This document shows, piece by piece, positions 6,663-15,007 of a stretch of 33,530 bases of DNA. The stretch spans positions 1 through 33,530 of the forward strand of contig JALHQF010000001.1 of assembly GCA_022842085.1 (NCBI GenBank), in the 5' to 3' direction. Below the pieces are notes generated by a model. That model had not been told where the DNA came from, searched no databases, and saw only the letters and a list, made by a program, of their open reading frames with translations. The stretch is from Patescibacteria group bacterium (GTDB taxonomy: Bacteria; Patescibacteriota; UBA1384; CAILIB01). How positions within the stretch are numbered: position 1 is the first letter of the stretch; each line of letters starts with the position of its first letter. A program made the position numbers and the translations under genes.

Positions 6663-7913
6663 GTGCCTACATCTTCCGTACTCATGCTGGGCTGGGAGCT
6701 ACCCCCGTACAACTCGGGCGGCCTTGGTACTGCCTCGCTTGGTATCACCCAAGGCCTCAGCTCACTGGGAGTTGGGGTTCGTTTCGTTGTGCCCAAGGTC
6801 TTTGGGCCCTACCCCTTCTCACACATGCCAGTGCTCTCGGCCGTCGATCACGGCGAATCACTCCCTTGGGACGAGAGTGCGAGCCGTCAGCTGGGATACC
6901 ACACCGAACTACTCGAGATTAAGGGTCAACAGTTGGCGCTTCCAACGAAGGGCTACCTAAGCGCACAGCAGCAATCCGACTGGTACGCAGAAAAGGTGCT
7001 CGCCATCTCTGCAAAGGAGGCGCCGCCAAGCCTTATTCACACCCACGATTGGATGACCTACCGCGCTGGTCTGGCCGCTCGTGATGCCTTTCATGCACGT
7101 GGATTCCATACCCCCATGGTGGCACACATCCACGCCACCGAATTCGATCGCTCCGATCGGCACGGCAACCCAGAAATCTACGCCCTCGAGAAAGAGGGTC
7201 TCAACGGTGCCGATCGCGTAGTGGCAGTCTCCCAACTCACCGCAAGCATTGTGCACGAGGAGTATGGTGTGCCATTGGAAAAAATCCGCGTAGTCCATAA
7301 CGGGCACACAGCCCGCAGCAACCTCAAGCGTCACCCACACCCGCTCAAAGGTCGCCATCCGGTGGTGCTCTTCATGGGACGGGTTACCTGGCAGAAAGGG
7401 CCGGAGCACTTCCTCCGTTTTGCTGTCGCCCTCCTGAAGCTCGACCCTTCGGTGCGCTTTATCTTTGCAGGGAGCGGTGATCAGTACGAACGAATCATCG
7501 AACAGGCGGCAGGCAGCCAGCTCTCGGGTCGTGTGCTCTTTGCACCGTTTCTGCGCGGCGAAGAGGTAGACCGTGCCTACCAGCTCGCTGATCTCTTTGT
7601 GATGCCCAGTGAGTCCGAGCCGTTTGGCTTGGTTGCACTTGAGGCCATGGAGCACGGCACCCCAGTTCTCGCGAGCCCTCGCTGTGGCGTCAACGAGGTT
7701 GCCCCGAGTATCGTCGTAACCGATCACACCAACCCACTCGCTATGGCACGCGCTGCGCACACCATTCTGCACACCGATGATCGCGCAAAGCGCCTTGCCG
7801 CCATGCAGCACGATCTGCGGGCAAACAGCTGGCAGGTTGCCTGCCAGAAACTCCAAGCCGTCTACGACGAGCTCACCACTCCGGCACTTGCCCCCGTACC
7901 GGTAGCAGCATGA
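6663..7913 (+). CDS. GT4-family alpha-glucosyltransferase (glycogen-synthase-like)
   Basis: N-terminal E.PPYNSGGLG, then HTHDW, IHATEFDR, and the E-x7-E region PSESEPFGLVALEAMEHGTPVLAS. The track start is GTG at 6663; an alternative ATG is at 6684 (MLGWELPPY). Confidence 0.85.
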   Translation: MPTSSVLMLGWELPPYNSGGLGTASLGITQGLSSLGVGVRFVVPKVFGPYPFSHMPVLSAVDHGESLPWDESASRQLGYHTELLEIKGQQLALPTKGYLSAQQQSDWYAEKVLAISAKEAPPSLIHTHDWMTYRAGLAARDAFHARGFHTPMVAHIHATEFDRSDRHGNPEIYALEKEGLNGADRVVAVSQLTASIVHEEYGVPLEKIRVVHNGHTARSNLKRHPHPLKGRHPVVLFMGRVTWQKGPEHFLRFAVALLKLDPSVRFIFAGSGDQYERIIEQAAGSQLSGRVLFAPFLRGEEVDRAYQLADLFVMPSESEPFGLVALEAMEHGTPVLASPRCGVNEVAPSIVVTDHTNPLAMARAAHTILHTDDRAKRLAAMQHDLRANSWQVACQKLQAVYDELTTPALAPVPVAA

Positions 7914-9193
7914 CGCACGTCTGCTGCTACTTCGAGGTACACCAGCCGGTTCGCCTGCGTCGCTACCAACCTTTTGACGTTGCTACCGACGCTCCCTACT
8001 TCGACGACGCACTCAATAAGGAGGTAATGGAGAAAGTGGCCGAGAAATCGTACCGCCCAACTTTCAAGCTGCTCCACGAGATGCTCCAAGCAGATGAGCG
8101 CTTCTGCTTCGCGCTCAGCCTCACCGGCACTTGGGTTGAGCAGGCAAAACACTGGACACCCGACCTCCTTGCCCTGGTACAAAACCTTGTAGCCACAGGT
8201 CGTTGTGAACTCCTAGCCGAAACCTACTACCACTCCCTCGCAGGGCTCTTCGATGCCCGCGAGTTCCGCGAGCAGGTAGCGCTCCATACGAAGCTCATGC
8301 GAGAGACCTTTGGGGTAACCCCAACTACGTTCCGCAACACCGAGCTCATGTATTCAAACGGTATCGGAGATCTCATTGCCGACATGGGGTACCCACTTGT
8401 ACTCACGGAGGGAGCCGATCATATCCTCGCTGGACGGACACCAAACCACGTCTACCAAGCAACGAACCCCAAGCTCAAGCTCCTCCTCAAGCACTACAGC
8501 CTCTCAGATGACGTGGCGTTTCGATTTAGCGCTGCCCACCGGGCGGGACAACCCCTTACGGCCGATCGCTTTGCACACTTCATCCACGGAACAGCCGGCG
8601 AGGCGGAGTGCGTCAACCTCTTCATGGATTTCGAGACGTTCGGCGAACACCAGTGGGCAGACACCGGCATCTTCGAATTTCTCCGCGCACTTCCTGCGGC
8701 AATTCAAGCGCACCCCGATTTTACCTTTGGCACACCCGCACAGGTTGCGGCAAGTCACCCCACACGGGAAACCATTTCAGTAGAACACACGATTTCGTGG
8801 GCAGACCTCGAGCGAGACACCTCCGCTTGGTTAGGTAACGATATGCAGCGTGCCATGGCCAACCACGTGTACGCACTCGCTGAGCGTGTTCGCAGCGCTA
8901 ACAACCCGACACTTCTCCATACCTGGCGGCTTCTCCAAACCTCAGACCACACCTACTACGCCTCTACAAAGGGCTGGGGCGACGGTGACGTGCACAGCTA
9001 CTTCTCGGCATACGACCGCCCCCATGATGCGTTCGTAGCGCTCTCTAACGTCTTGGGAGATTTTGAGCTCCACCTTCCTCCGGCCACCAACGAGGATCCG
9101 CCACCCAAAAGCCGTCGGGCCGCTCTTCAATCGAAACACCTTCACCGCGCAGTAAGTCAGCCTGAAGAGCAGCACTCGCTGCGTGGTGCATAA
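7910..9193 (+). CDS. GH57-family glycoside hydrolase, alpha-amylase-type subfamily
   Basis: CYFEVHQPVRL (HQP region), FRNTELMYSN (nucleophile Glu region), FMDFETFGEHQW (acid/base Asp region), SDHTYYASTKGWGDGDVHSYFSAY. ATGA overlap with the upstream GT4 gene. The last 40 or so codons run antisense into the ATL gene. Confidence 0.85.
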   Translation: MTHVCCYFEVHQPVRLRRYQPFDVATDAPYFDDALNKEVMEKVAEKSYRPTFKLLHEMLQADERFCFALSLTGTWVEQAKHWTPDLLALVQNLVATGRCELLAETYYHSLAGLFDAREFREQVALHTKLMRETFGVTPTTFRNTELMYSNGIGDLIADMGYPLVLTEGADHILAGRTPNHVYQATNPKLKLLLKHYSLSDDVAFRFSAAHRAGQPLTADRFAHFIHGTAGEAECVNLFMDFETFGEHQWADTGIFEFLRALPAAIQAHPDFTFGTPAQVAASHPTRETISVEHTISWADLERDTSAWLGNDMQRAMANHVYALAERVRSANNPTLLHTWRLLQTSDHTYYASTKGWGDGDVHSYFSAYDRPHDAFVALSNVLGDFELHLPPATNEDPPPKSRRAALQSKHLHRAVSQPEEQHSLRGA

Positions 9194-9365
9194 TCGAAAG
9201 TCTTCCAACTTGGTTGACGATACGCCACCAAGGTAGCTCATCGTGCTTTCCAGCTAGCCACCAACCTACCTGTCGAGCCGCACGGGGCTGCCCTGCCATT
9301 CTCGCGATGCGCCCATAGCTAGAAACATAGCCTGCAGGAACTGATTGGATATACTGACCGTACAT
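9045..9365 (-). CDS. Alkyltransferase-like protein (ATL; MGMT DNA-binding domain without the acceptor Cys)
   Basis: VPAGYVSSYGRIARMAGQPRAARQVGWWL ... LPWWRIVN resembles E. coli YbaZ as I recall it (IPEGYVTTYGDVAKLAGSPRAARQVGGVL ... LPWHRVVN). Trp replaces the PCHR cysteine. The track start is GTG at 9374; I prefer ATG at 9365. Confidence 0.8.
   Translation of the reverse strand: MYGQYIQSVPAGYVSSYGRIARMAGQPRAARQVGWWLAGKHDELPWWRIVNQVGRLSIMHHAASAALQADLLRGEGVSIEERPDGFWVADPRWWPEEGGAQNLPRR
9350..9355 (+). promoter_or_regulatory. Candidate -10 hexamer TATACT, 8 nt upstream of the ATG at 9364 (inside the ATL coding region)
   Basis: TATACT GACCGTAC ATG. Confidence 0.35.
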
Positions 9366-9972
9366 GAAGCTCACTGTAGCCGAAGCACGTCCTCACCTCA
9401 TCCGCCTCAGCATAATCGCTGGGCTCTTCTGCATTATTCAGGCCACAAGCTACTGGAATAGCTCGGTGTACGATTACGAGTCAGCTATGAGCTGGAGTTG
9501 GGCAAGTAACTTTCTCAGCGACCTTGGGCGCACCACTTGGTACAACGGTATGGCTGCTCCCTTGGCGCAGCAGCTCTGGTTTGTGCTAGGCATGGGGAGC
9601 CTGGGCTTAGCCCTTGCACTGTGGTTTCGTGTGCACCGCGTGAGCACGGTACTTGGAACACTCGCAGGAACCGCTTTCCTTGGAGTAGCCCTTCTCCCTT
9701 CCGATATCGTGCGCTGGCCGCATCGAATTGCACTGCTCGCTGCACTCTGCCTTACCCTCGCAGCAGCACTAAGCGCCTGGCGCGCTTCGTGGGCAAACCG
9801 AGTCTTGGCGCTCTTCCTCCTTAGCTACCTAGCGTTCCTCGTGAGTTTTCCTCTTCCAGAAACGAGCAACGAAATCTCACTCGTGCATAGTGTTGCCCAG
9901 AAAATCGTTGTGCTCAGCACTATAGCAACAGTAGGAGCCGGCACGCTTCTTCCCTGGAAATCCCTGCGGTAA
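9364..9972 (+). CDS. Polytopic membrane protein (possibly DUF998-like)
   Basis: About 6 hydrophobic segments. The NFLSDLG motif after TM1 is reminiscent of the DUF998 family as I recall it. Family not verified. Confidence 0.7.
   Translation: MKLTVAEARPHLIRLSIIAGLFCIIQATSYWNSSVYDYESAMSWSWASNFLSDLGRTTWYNGMAAPLAQQLWFVLGMGSLGLALALWFRVHRVSTVLGTLAGTAFLGVALLPSDIVRWPHRIALLAALCLTLAAALSAWRASWANRVLALFLLSYLAFLVSFPLPETSNEISLVHSVAQKIVVLSTIATVGAGTLLPWKSLR
9373..9378 (-). promoter_or_regulatory. Candidate -10 hexamer TACAGT, 7 nt upstream of the ATL ATG at 9365 (inside the membrane-protein coding region)
   Basis: The reverse strand reads TACAGT GAGCTTC ATG. Confidence 0.35.
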
Positions 9973-9994
9973 CTTGCTATACCGCACATACCCC

Positions 9995-10000
9995 AGGAGG
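9995..10000 (+). promoter_or_regulatory. Shine-Dalgarno AGGAGG for the ketoacyl synthase gene
   Basis: AGGAGG ACGT ATG. It is one of only a few clear SD sites in the window. Confidence 0.6.
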
Positions 10001-10004
10001 ACGT

Positions 10005-11294
10005 ATGCTTAGAAAACCTAACATTTTTTTCAGTGGCCTTGGTGCCATAACGCCACTCGGACACTCGGCGCGAGCCACTTACCAAGCCCTGCTCGCAGGA
10101 AACACCGCCGTACACTCTCTCCAAGATCGAGCTGAGTTTCAAGGCATTGCCCCGGGTCATGCGGCGATCGTTACAGGCTTTACCCTTAGCGACCATGTGG
10201 GTGGCACCACTGTACGTGCTCTGCACCACCACGACCTCTCCCTGCACTACGCAGCTACTGCGCTCCAGGAAGCCCTCACGCAAGCTGGCGCCACCGTCGC
10301 TCCAGAGCGTACGGCACTTGTTGTAGCGGCAGGCATGGGCGGAATGGAGCTCCACCAAGCACACCAAAACGCGTTCCATGCCAAGCACCAAGCCTGGCTA
10401 GCCAGGCAAAGCGCCCCCGGCGCAAAGGTACGATCCAGGGAAATTGCCTCTCCACGCACCGTGGTTGGCATCATCCCCAACGCTGCAGCGGGAATGCTGG
10501 CAAACCTCCACGACATTCGTGGCGAATCCCTGGCGGTCTCCACGGCATGTGCCAGTGGAGCAAACGCCTACGGAGTCGCCGTACGGATGCTCCTGAGCGG
10601 AGAGTACGACCGCGTCTGCGTGGTGAGCTGTGATCAGGTTGTGACCCCACACAGTATGGCCGCCTTCGACGTGCTCGGTGCTCTTGCACCAGCAGGCGAA
10701 GATCCACAAACCATGAGTCGTCCGTACGACGTCTCAAGGGCAGGATTCTTGATGGCAAATGGTGCATGCGCCTACGTGCTGGAAACCAATTGCCAAAACC
10801 CACTCGCGATCCATGTTGGTTACGGCTCACGCAGTGACGGTGCCCGTGCTGAGGGGATGGTGAAACCTGCCGAAGATGGCGCTGCAGTTTGCGAAGCAAT
10901 CCAAGCATGTGGCGTTCTGCAATCAGGGTTGCGCAAGCTGTGGGTATCATCCCACGGTACGAGCACACCAATTGGAGACATTGCGGAGGCTCGTGGTATC
11001 TGCCGAGCACTCGAAACCACTGAGCACAGGTGGTCCGTAAGCTCGATCAAGGGTTCGCTAGGACATATGATTGGCGCAGCACCTGCCGCAGCGATTGTCA
11101 CTGGCGTACTTGCACTCACTACAGGTGGCGTGCCTGGTACGACAAACCTCCGCAACGTAGATCACGAGCTTCCCGAAGCCTTCCGGTACCGACTACTTAC
11201 CTATGGGAGCCAAGCGTGCCCAGACGCAGTACTCGTACTCGCCAGTGGCTTTGGTGGACACCATGCCGCACTTGCCTTTGCCAAGGTAGCCTAA
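10005..11294 (+). CDS. Beta-ketoacyl-ACP synthase I/II-type condensing enzyme (FabF/FabB-like), orphan
   Basis: Cys-His-His triad motifs are present: AVSTACASGANA, SSHGTSTPIGD and IKGSLGHMIGAAPAAA. C-terminal SGFGGHHAAL. No acpP, fabD, fabG, fabZ or fabI nearby. Confidence 0.85.
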   Translation: MLRKPNIFFSGLGAITPLGHSARATYQALLAGNTAVHSLQDRAEFQGIAPGHAAIVTGFTLSDHVGGTTVRALHHHDLSLHYAATALQEALTQAGATVAPERTALVVAAGMGGMELHQAHQNAFHAKHQAWLARQSAPGAKVRSREIASPRTVVGIIPNAAAGMLANLHDIRGESLAVSTACASGANAYGVAVRMLLSGEYDRVCVVSCDQVVTPHSMAAFDVLGALAPAGEDPQTMSRPYDVSRAGFLMANGACAYVLETNCQNPLAIHVGYGSRSDGARAEGMVKPAEDGAAVCEAIQACGVLQSGLRKLWVSSHGTSTPIGDIAEARGICRALETTEHRWSVSSIKGSLGHMIGAAPAAAIVTGVLALTTGGVPGTTNLRNVDHELPEAFRYRLLTYGSQACPDAVLVLASGFGGHHAALAFAKVA

Positions 11295-11398
11295 CCCAAA
11301 CCCGATCACACAGCTGGTCGGGTTCTTGCTTTTCTGGTGAAGCACTTGTACACTATGAAGGCCTTTTGTTGAAGGCTTTCAACATAGCAATATACCAT

Positions 11399-11701
11399 AT
11401 GGCCATTCCACAGGGCGTTGACGCCCGCACCTTCCACGCTCCCGATGAGAAAAGCTTCACCCTTGTCACGGGCGAAACGCTCCGCACCCTCGATGATCTC
11501 TCCGAGGCAATCAACCTCATCGAGCCCGAGCCTTTCTACCACCACGTGCACGATGGTGAAAACCACTTCGCCGATTGGGTAGAGCACGTCTTTGGCGAGC
11601 ATGAGCTTGCAAGCCAACTGCGCGATCACCCTACCCCGCTACGAATGATCGTCGCCATCGAGCGCTTCCTGCGCGACCGTAGCGTTCCTGCGGCAGCCTA
11701 G
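11399..11701 (+). CDS. Small conserved hypothetical protein (possibly DUF5752-like) upstream of the GT3 synthase
   Basis: MAIPQGVDARTFHAPDEKSFTLVTGETLRTLDDLSEAINLIEPEPFYHHVHDGENHFADWVEHVFGEHELASQL. The track ORF 11030..11701 overlaps the KAS gene out of frame, so the first in-frame ATG past the KAS stop (11399) is used; in-frame TTG codons at about 11369-11374 are alternatives. Family resemblance is from memory only. Confidence 0.6.
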   Translation: MAIPQGVDARTFHAPDEKSFTLVTGETLRTLDDLSEAINLIEPEPFYHHVHDGENHFADWVEHVFGEHELASQLRDHPTPLRMIVAIERFLRDRSVPAAA

Positions 11702-11706
11702 CTCCT

Positions 11707-13110
11707 GTGCCCCAGACCCCCTGGCTCCTGGAGGCATCTTGGGAAGTTTGTAATCCCGTTGGTGGCATCTTTACCGTTATCACCAGTAAGCTTCCTGAGG
11801 TAACTAAGCGGTTTCACGACCGCTACATTGCCGTTGGACCATTAGCTGGCAGCCGTACCGGTTTTCGTCCCGATCGCAGCTGGCTCCCCGCAACACTTAG
11901 CACCCTACCGCTAGAGGCAGGGTGGTGGGAGCCATACGGCGTGCGGGCGCTCCTGCTGCCCGGCATAGCTGAGCTCGACGTCTGGAAAACTCGTCTCTGG
12001 GAGGAGCACCAGCTCGATACGCTCGGCGCATCTATTGAGGTACTCGAACCGTTGGCTTGGTCGCTGCAGGTAGGTGAAGTTGCGCGGGCACTGAGCAACG
12101 ATGTCCCCGTACTGCTCCACACGCACGAATGGCTTGCAGCCGGTGCGCTCTGTACGTACCAGGGACCCTCGGTATTCACTACTCACGCTACGGTAGTTGG
12201 CCGCATCACCAGCGGTGCGTTTGAAATGACGCCAGATCAGGCAACCCAGACCGCGCGCGATCACCTCAGCATTGCCAAGCACCAGCTGGAGCAACTTGGG
12301 ATCAGGCTTGCCTCGGTTGCCACTACCGTTTCTCCCATTACGGCTCGCGAGTGCCAGCGAGTTCATGGCGTCCTGCCACGCGTTGTAGCAAACGGCATAC
12401 TCGAGAGCAGCATTAACCGGCGCCTGGCATACCAGACCGTCATGCCGTTCCTAGCGCGCAGTTGGATGCCTGGCCTTGATACCCACAGCAAGCTTATCGT
12501 GAGCCACGGTCGCCCAGAACTCCACAACAAGGGTTTTGACCTTGTTCTCGAAGCGCTTGCCGCTCTCCGCACGCTTCCCCTCAAGCAACCCATCATAGCC
12601 GTCTTCGCCACACCGGTTCCTGGAGTGCGGAGCCTGGCCGACCCAGGTGGCCTCTCACCGTTCCGCGAGCAAGATGCCATTGTTGACCTTGCGAGGCAGT
12701 ATGGTTTCCCAGGCGATCCCCGTGTACGGGTTTTCTCTATTGCCACCGATATCAACCATGGTCCCTTCCCTGGCTTCCCCATAGATACCCTGCTCGCTGC
12801 TGCCGACGTGGGGGTGTTTCCCTCCCGCTACGAGCCATTTGGCTACACTCCACTCGAAGCGCTGCGGGTAGGCACGCCAGCCATCACTTCTCCAACGGCA
12901 GGTTTTGCCGAACTTGCCGGAGGGCTTCCAGGGGTAGAGGTGGTTGAAGCGCTCAGCGCTCCTGCTGTAGCTCGCAGCCTACTCAAAGCCCTCGCCAACC
13001 CAACCCCAGAAGACCTTTGCCGTGAAACTGCTCGCCACTTTAACTGGCAGGCGCTCATGGAAGGATACGACCGTGCTTATGCCCAAGCCTCGCACCTTTC
13101 TAGGCGATAG
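11707..13110 (+). CDS. GT3-family (eukaryote-type) glycogen synthase homologue
   Basis: Compared with animal/yeast glycogen synthases as I recall them. LLEASWEVCNPVGGIFTVITSK matches E.AWEVANKVGGIYTVLQTK. FTTHATVVGR matches FTTHATLLGR. FPSRYEPFGYTPLEALRVGTPAITS matches FPSYYEPWGYTPAEC..MG.PS.ST. GTG start. Confidence 0.85.
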   Translation: MPQTPWLLEASWEVCNPVGGIFTVITSKLPEVTKRFHDRYIAVGPLAGSRTGFRPDRSWLPATLSTLPLEAGWWEPYGVRALLLPGIAELDVWKTRLWEEHQLDTLGASIEVLEPLAWSLQVGEVARALSNDVPVLLHTHEWLAAGALCTYQGPSVFTTHATVVGRITSGAFEMTPDQATQTARDHLSIAKHQLEQLGIRLASVATTVSPITARECQRVHGVLPRVVANGILESSINRRLAYQTVMPFLARSWMPGLDTHSKLIVSHGRPELHNKGFDLVLEALAALRTLPLKQPIIAVFATPVPGVRSLADPGGLSPFREQDAIVDLARQYGFPGDPRVRVFSIATDINHGPFPGFPIDTLLAAADVGVFPSRYEPFGYTPLEALRVGTPAITSPTAGFAELAGGLPGVEVVEALSAPAVARSLLKALANPTPEDLCRETARHFNWQALMEGYDRAYAQASHLSRR

Positions 13111-14608
13111 CCGCAGCTGGTTGCTGTGGGGTAAGGAATCGGTGAGCTCCTATGATGGATGGTACGTACCGTCAGGACCATTTCCTGCCCCCTACCAAAA
13201 GCTCCTGCACCGAATTGAGAGCTTCCAGGGCACAGCCCTTAACTACCAGTTTCCCAGGCCCGGCACACTGCGCGTAACGTCGGCCGACCCCACCGATCTG
13301 CACCTCTACTTTGATCCGCGCTTGCAGCATGCACCCGATTGCGATGGCCGAAGCTTTTCTGTTGAACATACTCAACATGGTGCTCGTATTCACTACAAAG
13401 GGCCAGATACGCAGCTTGAGATCCACCTTAGTGGCACCGGAGATATTGGTCGTGGCCGCTGGCGATCCGTAGCAACCCCTCTAGATGTAGCCCGCGGCAC
13501 TGGGCCAGGTGAACGGTGGTGCTGGGTGCTCGATGTCTTTGAAGTCACCAACCTCTCCATTGAGGTAGCCCCAACACTCAGCTGGGAAGCACCGCAGAGC
13601 CGCCTCACCAGCTACAACTCGCCAATTGCCCGCGCTGCGCGCGCCACACTAGAAGCTCTTGCCACCCCCCAAGGCTACCTCGCAGGATTCCCTTGGTTCC
13701 ACCAAGCTTGGACTCGTGACGAGCTCATTGCCGCCCTAGGGCTGGAGCCAGACGAGCGTGAGGCACTAATACAGCGCTACGCTTCACTAGAGCTCAAGGA
13801 GGGCGAGTGGCCCACCTTCGATGGGAGTGGCACCACCTGCTCAGATGGCCTCGCCTGGTTTACCCTCCTCCTGCAAGTGCATGGCTCAGTCTCGCAAGAG
13901 GCACAGATACAGCTAGAGCACGCGGTGAACGGCCTCCAGTCAAAGCTAGATAGCCACCTGGGCTTCGTAAGCAACCACTGGAACGCCACCTGGATGGATA
14001 CCATCGGCCGCGAAGGGTACCGCCTGGAGGTTCAAGCAGGGTATGCAGCGGCACTACGCCTCCTTGGCAGGGAGCGTGAGGCGCGCAGATTTGAGCGACA
14101 TGTACTCAATCACTTCTGGCAGAGTGGCAAGCTCCTCGACGGTTTCTTCCCCGATGGCACGCCCGACACCACTCCGCGCCTGAACGGTTTTCTTGCGTAC
14201 CTTATCGCCCCACACCTCCTTAGCCGAGCCCACTGGACGCGCACCTTTGCGGATGCCCTCCAAGCCTGCTCACTCCCCTGGGGTGGACTTGCCTCAGTGG
14301 CAACCCATCACCCCAGCTACCATCCGGACAGTGACGGCGCCCGTAATGGGAGCTACCACCAGGGGGATACCTGGTGGTTTATGCATGGCCTTGTGCTTAC
14401 GGCACTCAAACGACTCGGCGCCCGCAACCTCGCTGGATACCAGAAACAGCTCTGGCAAGCAGCGGAGCGAGAGTGTCTTGAGGGCCAGGTGCCTGGCTAC
14501 TGCGGTGAGATTAGCGAAGCGGTAACTGGTGAGAGCCTCGGGTGCGGCGTGCAGGCATTCTCAGCCGGCGCACTCATGCTCGCCTGTCGCGAGTATGGGC
14601 GCGACTAG
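13079..14608 (+). CDS. Amylo-alpha-1,6-glucosidase / glycogen debranching enzyme C-terminal domain protein (GDE_C)
   Basis: GFPWFHQAWTRDELIA and YHQGDTWWFMHGLVL are typical GDE_C (alpha/alpha)6 motifs. The track ORF starts at 13022 inside the GT3 gene. ATG at 13079 is the first Met after it; the true start is uncertain and may be a later GTG or TTG. Confidence 0.82.
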   Translation: MPKPRTFLGDSRSWLLWGKESVSSYDGWYVPSGPFPAPYQKLLHRIESFQGTALNYQFPRPGTLRVTSADPTDLHLYFDPRLQHAPDCDGRSFSVEHTQHGARIHYKGPDTQLEIHLSGTGDIGRGRWRSVATPLDVARGTGPGERWCWVLDVFEVTNLSIEVAPTLSWEAPQSRLTSYNSPIARAARATLEALATPQGYLAGFPWFHQAWTRDELIAALGLEPDEREALIQRYASLELKEGEWPTFDGSGTTCSDGLAWFTLLLQVHGSVSQEAQIQLEHAVNGLQSKLDSHLGFVSNHWNATWMDTIGREGYRLEVQAGYAAALRLLGREREARRFERHVLNHFWQSGKLLDGFFPDGTPDTTPRLNGFLAYLIAPHLLSRAHWTRTFADALQACSLPWGGLASVATHHPSYHPDSDGARNGSYHQGDTWWFMHGLVLTALKRLGARNLAGYQKQLWQAAERECLEGQVPGYCGEISEAVTGESLGCGVQAFSAGALMLACREYGRD

Positions 14609-14985
14609 CACTTCTCTAGCAGGGCGAGGCGATCTACCTCAAACTGGGCCTCGATAGCACGTAGCTGCTTAAGGAAGTATGCACGTTCCCTTGTCACCAT
14701 CTGCTCAACCTGCTGACGCTCGGCACGAGTGAGGTTCTCTGTGAGGAGGGTTTGATAGGTTTCAATCTGCGTAACCATCTCTGCCTCAACAGCGGCCCGG
14801 GCCACATCGGCTCCAGAGCGCAAGCGATCGAGCCCCTCACAGGTGCGCACACCGGCAACATCGCCAGCAGAAGAAACCTGCACAGGACCCAGTGTTTGGG
14901 TAAGCCCCATGAGACACATGGCACAGAGCGCTCCACTCACCGTGGTGCGAGCGCTGAGCTGGTGCCGTACGTGTGCATGTCGCAT
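14605..14985 (-). CDS. Hypothetical small protein with an N-terminal hydrophobic segment and a coiled-coil tail
   Basis: MRHAHVRHQLSARTTVSGALCAMCLMGLTQTLGPVQVSSA..., followed by a heptad-like Q/E/R-rich tail. The track start at 15075 would overlap the divergent membrane gene, so ATG at 14985 is used. No family recognised. Confidence 0.45.
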   Translation of the reverse strand: MRHAHVRHQLSARTTVSGALCAMCLMGLTQTLGPVQVSSAGDVAGVRTCEGLDRLRSGADVARAAVEAEMVTQIETYQTLLTENLTRAERQQVEQMVTRERAYFLKQLRAIEAQFEVDRLALLEKC

Positions 14986-14995
14986 ACGAAAAGCG

Positions 14996-15001
14996 TACCA
15001 T
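14996..15001 (+). promoter_or_regulatory. Candidate -10 hexamer TACCAT, 6 nt upstream of the ATG at 15008
   Basis: TACCAT ACCCCC ATG. Confidence 0.4.
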
Positions 15002-15007
15002 ACCCCC

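Noticed and set aside
6957-7856. 299-aa minus-strand ORF
   Set aside because: It lies entirely antisense to the GT4 glycosyltransferase gene, and I recognised no motifs.
9825-10391. 188-aa minus-strand ORF spanning the membrane-gene/KAS junction
   Set aside because: It overlaps two well-supported + strand genes and the AGGAGG site between them. The composition is noise-like.
11030-11398. N-terminal extension of track ORF 11030..11701 (223 aa)
   Set aside because: The first 120 or so codons overlap the KAS gene in another frame and translate to Arg/Trp/Ser-rich nonsense. Only the portion after the KAS stop looks like protein.
13022-13078. Upstream start for the debrancher gene (track start 13022), and likewise 14843 for the membrane gene and 31506 for the secreted protein
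   Set aside because: These starts would create long overlaps with the preceding or opposing genes, and the extra residues look non-protein-like. Internal Met codons give sensible N-termini (TM or signal peptide).
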